A stretch of DNA of 64,000 nt from NCBI GenBank assembly GCA_963790025.1, contig CAWBMP010000004.1, forward strand, positions 416,001-480,000. The letters run 5' to 3'. Positions 19,339 to 28,225 of the stretch are shown here, piece after piece. This stretch comes from Nitrospirota bacterium (lineage in GTDB: Bacteria; Nitrospirota; Thermodesulfovibrionia; Thermodesulfovibrionales; Dissulfurispiraceae). Position numbers and translations under genes: made by a program. The notes under the pieces are model-generated. The model saw only the letters and a list, made by a program, of their open reading frames with translations, was not told where the DNA came from and made no database searches. How positions within the stretch are numbered: position 1 is the stretch's first letter; every line of letters starts with the position of its first letter.

Positions 19339-19753
19339 GATATGACCTCCTTTCTTTCATTTGGTTTATTAATACGTTGAACGCAGTCTTGACCCCGGTT
19401 TTTACCCCGCAAGCCCTTAATGACAACCCGTCACCGAAACCTTTGAGAATAATGCTAAGCGCCTTCAGATTTATAACTACATCATTGCTGGCTTCGGCAA
19501 CGTTGCGGACCGCATAGGTCACTGCGCCGGCATCATCAGTGATTTTCCTTACGCTCCTGAGAAATTGTCCTGCTTCGAGTAGAACAGGACTCAGTTGCTC
19601 CTCGGCGTATTTCATAGAGCTATTGAACGTCGCTGTCATCCTTTTCATCTCAAATACAGCGTAGATGAGCAAAGCGATAGCCGTAAAAATGCCGAGTACG
19701 AGTATAAATAAGCCAACTCCCATAAATATCAGCAACAACGTGTGGTCCGTCAT
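19328..19753 (-). CDS. DUF948-like membrane protein
   Basis: N-terminal TM plus amphipathic helices, typical partner of YtxH; AAGGAGG SD. Confidence 0.65.
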   Translation of the reverse strand: MTDHTLLLIFMGVGLFILVLGIFTAIALLIYAVFEMKRMTATFNSSMKYAEEQLSPVLLEAGQFLRSVRKITDDAGAVTYAVRNVAEASNDVVINLKALSIILKGFGDGLSLRACGVKTGVKTAFNVLINQMKERRSYHER

Positions 19754-19811
19754 CCATTTCCCTCCTTTGCATAAGTATATCACAAAAAACCTGCAGCAAG
19801 TAGCCTTGCCC

Positions 19812-19845
19812 CTTACTACTTACTACCTACTACTTACTACTTGCC
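19812..19845. repeat. Heptamer tandem repeat (CTTACTA)x4
   Basis: cttacta cttacta cctacta cttacta. Confidence 0.7.
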
Positions 19846-20412
19846 ACCAGCCGCCGTTTTTTTATAAACGTGCACTACTCTCTGTATAACTGTGATATGA
19901 CTGAGCACAAACAGGACTATAACAACAGCAGGAACCGATCCTGTGATGCATCCAAAGGCCAAAAGCACAATGCGCTCGGGCCTTTCTATCAAACCCACGT
20001 GGCACTCGATGCCCAGCCCTTCAGCACGCGCCCTCACATAACTTATCAGAAACGAGCCGATCAGGCTGCCGATAGCAAAAACAACCCCTATCAGATTATT
20101 CTGTTTGAAAAGAAGCAACATAATAGCTGCAAAAAGAGCTGCATCAGCGTACCGGTCAAGGGTCGAATCGAGCAGCGCGCCGAATTTGGTGTCTTTCCCA
20201 TTGGTGCGTGCGACAACACCGTCGAGGAGGTCAAAAACACCGCCGGCAAGGATCATGAAACCGCCGGTCACGGTATCGAAAGGAATAAGAAAAGCGGCAA
20301 TGATGGTGATGGCAAAACCGGTGACGCTTAAGACGTTTGGACTTATTGATATGCGCTTCGCTACCAGAGTAAGGGGTTTATCCAGGAAATGTCCGAGCTT
20401 CGCGCTGATCAA
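19837..20412 (-). CDS. CDP-alcohol phosphatidyltransferase (phosphatidylinositol phosphate synthase-like)
   Basis: DLLDGVVAR...G...DSTLDR signature, SYVRARAE, ERPER. Confidence 0.85.
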   Translation of the reverse strand: MISAKLGHFLDKPLTLVAKRISISPNVLSVTGFAITIIAAFLIPFDTVTGGFMILAGGVFDLLDGVVARTNGKDTKFGALLDSTLDRYADAALFAAIMLLLFKQNNLIGVVFAIGSLIGSFLISYVRARAEGLGIECHVGLIERPERIVLLAFGCITGSVPAVVIVLFVLSHITVIQRVVHVYKKTAAGGK

Positions 20413-21522
20413 CTACCGCTCCCTGGCGCCTGATATATATTCCTCTACCATACTTCTGGCTTCCTCGTCGGAGAACTGTTTATAGGGATGTTTCATAAAA
20501 TAGGCCGACGGCGATAACAGTGCTCCCCCAATGCCCCTGTCTTTTGCGACTTTGCAGCATCGTACAACATCGATGACAACGCCTGCGCTGTTGGGCGAGT
20601 CCTCAACGGACAATCTCAATTCCAGATGCATGGGAACATTTCCGAACTCCCGTCCCTCAATCCTGAGAAAGCACACTTTGTTATCATTCATCCAGGGCAC
20701 ATAATCCGAGGGGCCTATATGAATGTCCTCATCCCCAAGTTGATGGGTTATTTGAGAGCAGACAGCCTCTGTCTTAGATATTTTTTTCGATTTAAGCCTG
20801 CTGTGGCTGAGCATATTAAGAAAGTCGGTGTTGCCGCCCACGTTCAGTTGATAAGTATGGGTTATCTTTACGCCCCTGTCCATGAAAAGCTTACTCAGCG
20901 CACGATGTACTATAGTCGCCCCGACCTGTGCCTTGATATCATCGCCGATCACCGGGATTCCCTTTTTCTCAAACCGGTGTATCCATTCGTCATCGGACGC
21001 AATAAAAACAGGCATACAGTTCACAAAAGCAACTCCGGCATCGAGGCAGGCGCTTGCATAATAGCGGGCCGCCTTTTCAGAGCCCACAGGCAGGTAATTA
21101 AGGAGCATTTCGGCGCCGCTTTCACGCAGCACCCTGACCACGTCACATGGTCTTTCGTCCGCCACGATGAATCTCCGGTCATCCGGATAATCAGCCATAT
21201 GAGGCGCAACCCCGTCCAGGACTTCGCCCATCTGCACCGTCACTTCCCGTGAAGGACTGCTGATATGCGGGCAAAATACTTTTGTACAATTGGGTTTTTC
21301 AAATATGGCGTCGCCAAGCGGCTCATTAACTTTTCTGGCATCGATATCAAAAGCTGCAACTACAGCAATATCCCCCGGCAAATATCCTCCGAGATTATAG
21401 TGCATGAGTCCGAGCGACCTGTCAGCGTCATCCTCTTTCATTGTCCTGTAGTATTCAATGCCCTGGATAAGAGAACTTGCACAGTTACCAATTCCGGCAA
21501 TCGCAATCCGTATCGCACCCAT
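20413..21522 (-). CDS. ino1: Inositol-3-phosphate synthase
   Basis: GIGNCASSL, YLPVGS, GDDIK, QLNVGGNTDF, SKT, EDSPNSAG. Confidence 0.93.
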   Translation of the reverse strand: MGAIRIAIAGIGNCASSLIQGIEYYRTMKEDDADRSLGLMHYNLGGYLPGDIAVVAAFDIDARKVNEPLGDAIFEKPNCTKVFCPHISSPSREVTVQMGEVLDGVAPHMADYPDDRRFIVADERPCDVVRVLRESGAEMLLNYLPVGSEKAARYYASACLDAGVAFVNCMPVFIASDDEWIHRFEKKGIPVIGDDIKAQVGATIVHRALSKLFMDRGVKITHTYQLNVGGNTDFLNMLSHSRLKSKKISKTEAVCSQITHQLGDEDIHIGPSDYVPWMNDNKVCFLRIEGREFGNVPMHLELRLSVEDSPNSAGVVIDVVRCCKVAKDRGIGGALLSPSAYFMKHPYKQFSDEEARSMVEEYISGARER

Positions 21523-21542
21523 TCAGCCTTTGCTCTCCTTGA

Positions 21543-21962
21543 TCAGGAAATATCAATGCGCTTGGGCAATTCTTCGGCCCTTTTTGGAAGGATTATGTTA
21601 AGTATACCATCCTTGAGTGTAGCTTTTATACTGTCTTTCTCGATTATGGAGGGCAGGACAAATGACCTGGAAAAGGCGCCGAAATATCGTTCAATCTGAT
21701 AGTAACTTCTTCCCTCTCTCCGGGACTTTCGCTCGCCGCTTATCTTGAGTGTATTGTCTTCCACCACAATGTTGACATCTGCCTCCAGCACTTCAGGCAG
21801 TTCGGCCTTGACCACAAATGCCTCATCGGTTTCATAAATATCTACGGCGGGTATCCATACACCTGTCTTTACTTCTCCTGCTTTCGGAGCAACATGCTCA
21901 AAAAGCCTGTTTGCCCGCTCTCTTAGTGCAAATGTATCTTTAAAAGGGTCCCATTTTTTCAT
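21543..21962 (-). CDS. Small heat-shock protein (Hsp20)
   Basis: PAVDIYET, AELP, ER.FG.FSRSF.LP, GILNI; GAGGAGG SD. Confidence 0.9.
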   Translation of the reverse strand: MKKWDPFKDTFALRERANRLFEHVAPKAGEVKTGVWIPAVDIYETDEAFVVKAELPEVLEADVNIVVEDNTLKISGERKSRREGRSYYQIERYFGAFSRSFVLPSIIEKDSIKATLKDGILNIILPKRAEELPKRIDIS

Positions 21963-22103
21963 TTTCCGCCCAAGCCTCCTCATTAGAGTCTGCGCAAGAA
22001 TAGCTTTACCACTAAGTATACAGCATACGGGGCCGGGAGGCAAAGAGCATTGAACTTTTGCCATTCTGTATGCTAGAGTTCAAAAGAAGTTACGGAGAGT
22101 ACT

Positions 22104-22781
22104 TTGCATATCCCCGATGGTTACTTAAGTCCTCAGACATACATTCCGTTATATGGGGTTTCCTTTACCGTTTGGACTATTGCGTTAAAGAAGCTGAAAA
22201 GGGAACTATCCTCCAAACAAATTCCCTATCTGGCTATGGCTGCGGCATTCTCGTTCCTCATCATGATGTTCAATATTCCCATACCCGGCGGGACAACAGG
22301 CCATGCCGTGGGGGCCGGCATTATTGCAACTCTCCTCGGACCCTGGACCGCGGTAATTGCCGTATCCATGGTGCTGATTATTCAGGCCATAGTTTTCGGC
22401 GATGGGGGAATTACCGCAATAGGAGCAAACTGCTTTAACATGGCAATTGTAATGCCCTTCGCATCATATTGGGTATTCAAACTGGTAAGGGGAAAGGCCA
22501 CGCATGGGGGGAGGATATCGGCGGCGGCTTTCCTATCCGGCTATTTGGGTTTATGCATTGCTTCATTTACAGCGGCATTGGAATTGGGCATCCAGCCTTT
22601 AATTGCGCATGCCGCCGATGGCAGGCCGCTCTATGCACCTTATCCGTTGTCAATTGCCTTCCCAGCAATGGCGCTGGAGCATCTATTGGTATTCGGCGTT
22701 ATAGAGGGGATAGTCACCATGCTGCTCTTTAAATACTTCGTGAAGCATGAGCCAGGTTCAGTGTATGCGCTCAACAAGTGA
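22104..22781 (+). CDS. cbiM: Co/Ni ECF transporter S component CbiM/NikM
   Basis: MHIPDG start (TTG), GGTTGH, FGDGG, GAN. Confidence 0.9.
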   Translation: MHIPDGYLSPQTYIPLYGVSFTVWTIALKKLKRELSSKQIPYLAMAAAFSFLIMMFNIPIPGGTTGHAVGAGIIATLLGPWTAVIAVSMVLIIQAIVFGDGGITAIGANCFNMAIVMPFASYWVFKLVRGKATHGGRISAAAFLSGYLGLCIASFTAALELGIQPLIAHAADGRPLYAPYPLSIAFPAMALEHLLVFGVIEGIVTMLLFKYFVKHEPGSVYALNK

Positions 22782-22874
22782 CAAAATGTTGCAACAAGGA
22801 ATGATACAAAAGTTATTACAGGAGATCCAGAGTTCAGGAAGTTCGAGAAAAAAATCGGCGTTTTCCGGATTTAA
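22782..22874 (+). pseudogene. C-terminal remnant of a VapC/PIN toxin gene
   Basis: Frame without a start reads ATRNDTKVITGDPEFRKFEKKIGVFRI*, typical of a VapC C-terminus. Confidence 0.55.
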
Positions 22875-23375
22875 AAAAGGAAACACGTTTCTATTTCTTG
22901 ATAATCGTCTATTTCCATCTAAAAGAAAAGGTATCCCAAAGATGGGCCTGGTTTTTAGTTCTCCCTCTTAAAGTTGACAGGACTAGGACCATTTATTTCC
23001 TTTTCTGTATTGCTGTTTCTTGGAAAAGTCAATTTTCAGAGGCAACAATTTATGATCGTACTCTGCATAGAGTTGCACGACGACGAAACTATCGGCTTCT
23101 GCGAGGTAATACTATATTCTTCCAGTAGCATATGTGTGCAGAGTATAAGTGGAAGAAAATGCCTGCTGTGACGATAACTGATAGATCAGGTCTGCAACCC
23201 CGAACTATCTTACAGGCATGTTGTGTCGCAAGTGTGCTGACCATTGACAAGCATACTCAGGACACAACGTCTCCACCTGAACTCTTATTCGAAATCCCTT
23301 CTTTTCTGTTAATATAACTAAATAGCGTGAGTTTCTCTCTATACGACATTACGATAGATCGGATCACTTATTGTT

Positions 23376-24458
23376 ATGAGTCCATCCCGAAAAAAGGTTG
23401 ATGATGACATCATTACGGCAGAACTGCTGTATCGGGCAATATTTGAGCAATCCCCTGACGGTATCCTGATCGTCGACACCGGGGGAAAAATAATTGATTT
23501 TAACGAGGCGACTCACCTCCAGCTCGGCTATTCCCGTGATGAATTTGCCGGGCTCGGTATGGTGGATATTGATCCATACGAGACACCTGAAAAGATCCGA
23601 GCCAGTATCGAAGAGGTATTGAGCAAAGGTAGGGCTCATTTCGAAACCAAGCATAAGACCAAGAGTGGGGAAATAAGGGATGTCCATGTGATCACAAAAG
23701 TGATTGCCGTTCGGGGCGGCATTTTTTTTCAAACAATTTGGCGCGACATAACAAAGCGAAAGCAGGCCGAAGATGCACTCAGAATACGTTGCCTGCACCT
23801 CGAAGACCTTGTGGAAGAGCGCTCCGCCGAATTGAGAAGGCTCAACGAGGAGGTTCAGAAAGATATGGCCCGCCGGAAGTTTGTTGAACGCGAAAGAGAT
23901 AAACTCTTCACTGACCTTCGGAAAGCCCTAGCTAAAATAAAAATTCTGACAGGATTGCTTCCCATGTGTGCCTGGTGTAAAAAAGTACGCGACGACGCTG
24001 GATACTGGAAAAAGGTGGAAACGTATGTCCAGGAACATTCAGACGCCTCTTTTACCCACGGCATATGCCCTGACTGTCTTAAAAAAGTAGACTCTGAAAC
24101 ATACATGATCGATGTCGAAAAAAATGGGAAAGTTGATGGAAAGAATATCCCCGAGAGAAGGCAAAGAGGGAGGAGGCCAATCATTCCACAGTCTCATTAT
24201 TCTGTTGTAAGCATAAATATAAGGGATTGGAAGAAGTCAATACTCGATGCTGCTGTTGACGATATCAGCGAAGGGGGGATGTGCATCCGGACTAAGACTC
24301 TCCTGGACGATGACATTCTCGTGATGATTGCGGATGGCGTCAGGGTGAAAACAGGGATTGTCATATGGAAGGAAACCGTCGACTCAGAGCATAATTTATA
24401 TTTATATCGAACAGGCATAAAGTTTATCCGTGATGATGTCGATAATTCCGGCAGTTAG
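23376..24458 (+). CDS. PAS / coiled-coil / Cys-His motif / PilZ signalling protein
   Basis: PAS with PAC (RDITKRK), CAWC...HGICPDC, PilZ RQRGR and DISEGG. Confidence 0.8.
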   Translation: MSPSRKKVDDDIITAELLYRAIFEQSPDGILIVDTGGKIIDFNEATHLQLGYSRDEFAGLGMVDIDPYETPEKIRASIEEVLSKGRAHFETKHKTKSGEIRDVHVITKVIAVRGGIFFQTIWRDITKRKQAEDALRIRCLHLEDLVEERSAELRRLNEEVQKDMARRKFVERERDKLFTDLRKALAKIKILTGLLPMCAWCKKVRDDAGYWKKVETYVQEHSDASFTHGICPDCLKKVDSETYMIDVEKNGKVDGKNIPERRQRGRRPIIPQSHYSVVSINIRDWKKSILDAAVDDISEGGMCIRTKTLLDDDILVMIADGVRVKTGIVIWKETVDSEHNLYLYRTGIKFIRDDVDNSGS

Positions 24459-24661
24459 GTTAGTTACCTTAGGTTAAGCCAAAACTCGGGACCAGTATTC
24501 AGAAATCTCCCAATCTTGATAGCAGTCTCAGCCGCCACGTTGCGTTCGCCTCTGATGATCTGTCCATGTGTGTCTGGGAAAGCCTTTTTTTTTTAGAAAG
24601 CCGGTACACTGATATTCCCGGAAGTTGCCCCGTCATATAAGCTCCGTTTCTTCCTTTTCTC

Positions 24662-25015
24662 TTACAGTTTATCGTATTTTTTTGCCGAGCCTTTTGATTT
24701 CGTGACTGGATATTTTTTCTTGTTCTTCCCGATTTTTTTCTCCATCTCCTCAAGCAGGTCGATGCCGAGGTCGTGAGAGAGAAGGGCAATGTAAATGGCG
24801 ATATCGGCAAGTTCCTCCCCGACGCGCGACAAACCGCCCTCGGCCAGATAAAGCCTTACCTCTGCGTCAGTTTTCCATTGAAATTCTTCCAGCAATTCGG
24901 CGGACTCTAGGACGACTGAAATTGCGAGGTCTTTAGGCCGGTGGAATTGTTCCCAGTCCCTTTCCCTGCGGAATTCAAGAAGCTTCCCTGTTATGGCTTT
25001 CAGGCTTTCAGTCAT
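24662..25015 (-). CDS. MazG-like nucleotide pyrophosphohydrolase
   Basis: RDWEQFH.PK, ExxELLE.FQW, EELAD, KKYP. Confidence 0.9.
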   Translation of the reverse strand: MTESLKAITGKLLEFRRERDWEQFHRPKDLAISVVLESAELLEEFQWKTDAEVRLYLAEGGLSRVGEELADIAIYIALLSHDLGIDLLEEMEKKIGKNKKKYPVTKSKGSAKKYDKL

Positions 25016-25052
25016 TGACTATTATCACACAATTTCACCCCGAAAACATCAT

Positions 25053-26462
25053 CTATTTCCTTGCGACCCCTGAATTTCTTGCTGCCGAGGCCACTGCGCC
25101 GGCAACTGCGGTAACAACACGCCTGTCAAAAGCCGAGGGGATTATATTCTCCTCGCTCAGTTCGTCCTCATTGAGAAGATAGGCAATGGCCTTCGATGCT
25201 GCCAACCTGATTTCGTCATTAACGCCCCGCGCCCGTACATCGAGCAGGCCCCGGAATATACCCGGGTAGCTAAGCGCGTTGTTGATTTGATTAGGATAGT
25301 CCGACCGTCCCGTAGCCATGATCCTGGCGACGTGCTGTGCATCTTCAGGCGCAATCTCGGGATCCGGATTGGCGAGGGCAAACACGATCGGATCGGATGC
25401 CATACGACTGACATCCTCGACGGTTATCACATTGGGACCCGAAAGTCCGAGAAATACGTTAGCGCCCGTCATCACCGCGGACAGTGTGCCTTTCAGCTTG
25501 CGGGGGTTTGTAGTCCGGGCTATTTCGACCTTATAGCTGTTCATGCCGGAATCCCGTCCTTCATAAATTGCGCCGGTCCGGTCACATACTACTATATCAC
25601 TCACACCATATGACAGGAGAAGCTTTGTGGTAGCCATGGCCGAGGCCCCGGCCCCGGCCACTACATAGCGGAATGTTCTGATGTCCTTGCGAAAAAGCCG
25701 GCTCGCATTTATCATGCCTGCAAGGACTACTGTGGCGGTCCCATGCTGGTCGTCGTGGATAATTGGAATATCCAGTTCCTCCATGAGCCTTCGTTCGATC
25801 TCGAAGCAGCGAGGCGCAGAAATGTCTTCCAGGTTGATAGCGCCGAATGGAGGGGCGAGATACTTGACCGTTTTAATGATCTCCTCCGGGTCGGTGGTGT
25901 CGAGACAAAGCGGAAAGGCATCGATACCGGCAAACTCCTTGAAGATCATGGCCTTGCCTTCCATCACCGGCAGTGCAGCTTTGGGCCCGAGATTTCCAAA
26001 TCCCAGAACCGCTGTCCCGTCGGTCACGATCGCCACCGAATTGCCTTTGATAGTATAGTTGTAGGCATGTTCCTGATTACGGTAGATGTCCTTGCAGATC
26101 CTTCCAACCCCCGGGGTATAGACGCGCGAGAAGTCCGCCGGAGTTTCAATAGACACCTTGCTTCTCACCTCTATTTTGCCTCCGCAATGACATCCGAAAG
26201 TGCGGTCAATAACATTGATGACTTTGACGCCGTGGTCGATCGTCTCGATGGCCTGGATTATTTCCTGCTCGTGATCTTCGTCGCGGGCATTTACAGTCAC
26301 GTCCCTTACGAGGTTGTTCTTTTCGGACGCAACAATATCAACAGTGCCCAGATCGCCTCCTGCCTTACTGATGGCTGTCGCTATGCTTGCAAACATACCT
26401 ATTTTGTTAATTATGGAAAGCCGTAACGTAACGCTATAGCATGGGCTCGGTATTCTTAACAT
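25053..26462 (-). CDS. NAD(P)-dependent malic enzyme with N-terminal ACT domain
   Basis: YTPGV, VTDGTAVLG, MEGK, INLEDI, HDDQHGT, GAGA, NQINN; AAGGAG SD before ATG 26462. Confidence 0.92.
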   Translation of the reverse strand: MLRIPSPCYSVTLRLSIINKIGMFASIATAISKAGGDLGTVDIVASEKNNLVRDVTVNARDEDHEQEIIQAIETIDHGVKVINVIDRTFGCHCGGKIEVRSKVSIETPADFSRVYTPGVGRICKDIYRNQEHAYNYTIKGNSVAIVTDGTAVLGFGNLGPKAALPVMEGKAMIFKEFAGIDAFPLCLDTTDPEEIIKTVKYLAPPFGAINLEDISAPRCFEIERRLMEELDIPIIHDDQHGTATVVLAGMINASRLFRKDIRTFRYVVAGAGASAMATTKLLLSYGVSDIVVCDRTGAIYEGRDSGMNSYKVEIARTTNPRKLKGTLSAVMTGANVFLGLSGPNVITVEDVSRMASDPIVFALANPDPEIAPEDAQHVARIMATGRSDYPNQINNALSYPGIFRGLLDVRARGVNDEIRLAASKAIAYLLNEDELSEENIIPSAFDRRVVTAVAGAVASAARNSGVARK

Positions 26463-26486
26463 TTTAATTCTCTCCTTTCCCGGCAC

Positions 26487-27887
26487 TTAGACCTCGACAG
26501 CCGGCATTGCCAGCTCTTCTTTGTCCAAACATTTCATCTCTACTCCAACCTCCGACAGCTCAAGGTGTTTGGTCTCCGGGCTGAACATCAGACTGACAAA
26601 GGTCATTGCCGCGCCAATCGTCAGAACAGACGAGGCAGACAGCCAAAGGTCACTCGGTCCCTCGATAACGGCAATAAAGGGCAGCGTATGAAAAAGGGCG
26701 ACCAGGGGTGTGATACCGGCGCCACCCACCAGCGCTCCTATCGAATAGCCAAAGCCGCAGCCGACAGACCGCGATTTTGTTGGGAACCGCTCGCAGAGGT
26801 AAGCCGGGATGACTCCCCATGCCAGCTTAAGACATCCAGCCAGCACACAACCGACGAGGGCCAGCTTGAAGTTCTTGCCGTAAGCAGCATTAATTAGGAT
26901 ATGGTAAAGCGGTATCCCAAGGACAACTACAGCGAAGCAATAGTATTGTGTCAGCCTTTTTCTGCCGATCTTATCAGAGAGCCAGCCGTAAACGTTGTAC
27001 CCGATAAAGGCAAAAAGGAGCGCTACGCCGTATAACTGAGTATAATCCACCAGCCCGAACTTGTTCTTGCCTTTGAGTATCTGCGGCAGGAACTGGTATA
27101 TTGCGTAATCTGTAAGGAAAAGACCGGTCATGAAGCAAAAGACCTGGAGAAATACCCAGATAGTGGGGGGCTTGAAGAGGCTTATAAAGGGCGTCTTTTC
27201 TATGGTGCCACCCTTCTTGCACTTCTCGAATTCCGGAGATTCTACCAGCGACCGCCGGATGAAGAGCGTCAACAATACCGGCGCTGCTCCGGTAGCAAAT
27301 ACTATGCGCCACCCGTAATCCTGCATTGCTGCTTCGCCGAGCGCTAAGGAAAAGCCCAAAACCACAAAAGACGCAATGGCGAAGCCGAAGGGAAACCCGG
27401 ACTGTATAAACCCGCCGATCGCGCCACGCCTGGCCCTGGGTGCATGCTCGATGGCAAATGCATGGCCTACAGCATATTCCCCGCCGAAAAAGATGCCCAT
27501 CATCAGTCTCAGAAGGCCGTATATTAGGAAGGCAGTGTCAACGCCGACCTGCTCCCTTGTCGGGATGAAGGCCGATAGCAGGGACATCACGCCGACTCCG
27601 CCGATGGTGAAGAGCAGCAGGAAGCGTCTGCCTATTTTATCCGCATAATGGCCGAAGAAAGCCGAACCGATAGGCCTGGCAGCCATGGTAATAGAGTAGA
27701 AAAGGACTACTGTCAGATACTGCCACGCCCCGGACTGGCCTGGCGAGGCGAACACCTTTGTTAATATTGGTGCCATGACAAGGACAAGTGCCATATCATA
27801 CGCGTCCAACCCGAACCCGAGGAACTGCGAGATCATAGCCCGTTTTGCATTACCCGTTAATACTGATGAATTACAATGTTCTGCCAT
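26487..27887 (-). CDS. MFS organic-acid transporter
   Basis: About 12 TMs, DKIGRR twice, GGEY, ESPEF, PETK. Confidence 0.88.
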   Translation of the reverse strand: MAEHCNSSVLTGNAKRAMISQFLGFGLDAYDMALVLVMAPILTKVFASPGQSGAWQYLTVVLFYSITMAARPIGSAFFGHYADKIGRRFLLLFTIGGVGVMSLLSAFIPTREQVGVDTAFLIYGLLRLMMGIFFGGEYAVGHAFAIEHAPRARRGAIGGFIQSGFPFGFAIASFVVLGFSLALGEAAMQDYGWRIVFATGAAPVLLTLFIRRSLVESPEFEKCKKGGTIEKTPFISLFKPPTIWVFLQVFCFMTGLFLTDYAIYQFLPQILKGKNKFGLVDYTQLYGVALLFAFIGYNVYGWLSDKIGRKRLTQYYCFAVVVLGIPLYHILINAAYGKNFKLALVGCVLAGCLKLAWGVIPAYLCERFPTKSRSVGCGFGYSIGALVGGAGITPLVALFHTLPFIAVIEGPSDLWLSASSVLTIGAAMTFVSLMFSPETKHLELSEVGVEMKCLDKEELAMPAVEV

Positions 27888-27996
27888 AGTCTTTCTCCCT
27901 CCATTCAATGAGTTAGCTTATAAATTCCCGGCAGCTTGTTACCCGGCAGCTACTCCATCTTGAGAGATGGGACATAGCTTTGTTGCGGGTTTTAAA

Positions 27997-28012
27997 AGCA
28001 AGCGGTGTGCCA
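27997..28012 (-). promoter_or_regulatory. sigma54 -24/-12 promoter of the MFS-malic enzyme operon
   Basis: TGGCACACCGCTTGCT. Confidence 0.85.
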
Positions 28013-28146
28013 GGCGTGATAGAAGCATATCTCATTGTTTTACAATAATTTTACTAGTACAGAGCTAACGGATGAAGATATAATAAAGATTATATGGTGT
28101 CCAGGCCGAACAATATTATACTTAATTTACAAGCAGATGACTATGC

Positions 28147-28180
28147 TATAAGAAAAGTTATGATTATAACTTTTCTTATA
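28147..28180. promoter_or_regulatory. Probable enhancer (UAS): tandem ATAA-N6-TTAT sites forming a 15-bp perfect inverted repeat
   Basis: TATAAGAAAAGTTAT-gatt-ATAACTTTTCTTATA; third site ATAATAAAGATTAT at 28080-28093. Confidence 0.65.
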
Positions 28181-28225
28181 ACAAACCTTGCTGAGCAGAA
28201 CATGACATGTTCTCTATGCATTGCG

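Noticed and set aside
22779..22781. Selenocysteine or readthrough at the cbiM TGA
   Set aside because: CbiM is already full length, no SECIS-like hairpin is evident, and the downstream peptide is better explained as a vapC remnant
24499..24640. Small minus-strand ORF downstream of the mazG-like gene
   Set aside because: No recognisable motif, contains a homopolymer run, and support is insufficient
24662..25015. MazG-like gene as an anti-phage system
   Set aside because: Solitary housecleaning-type enzyme with no defence partners nearby
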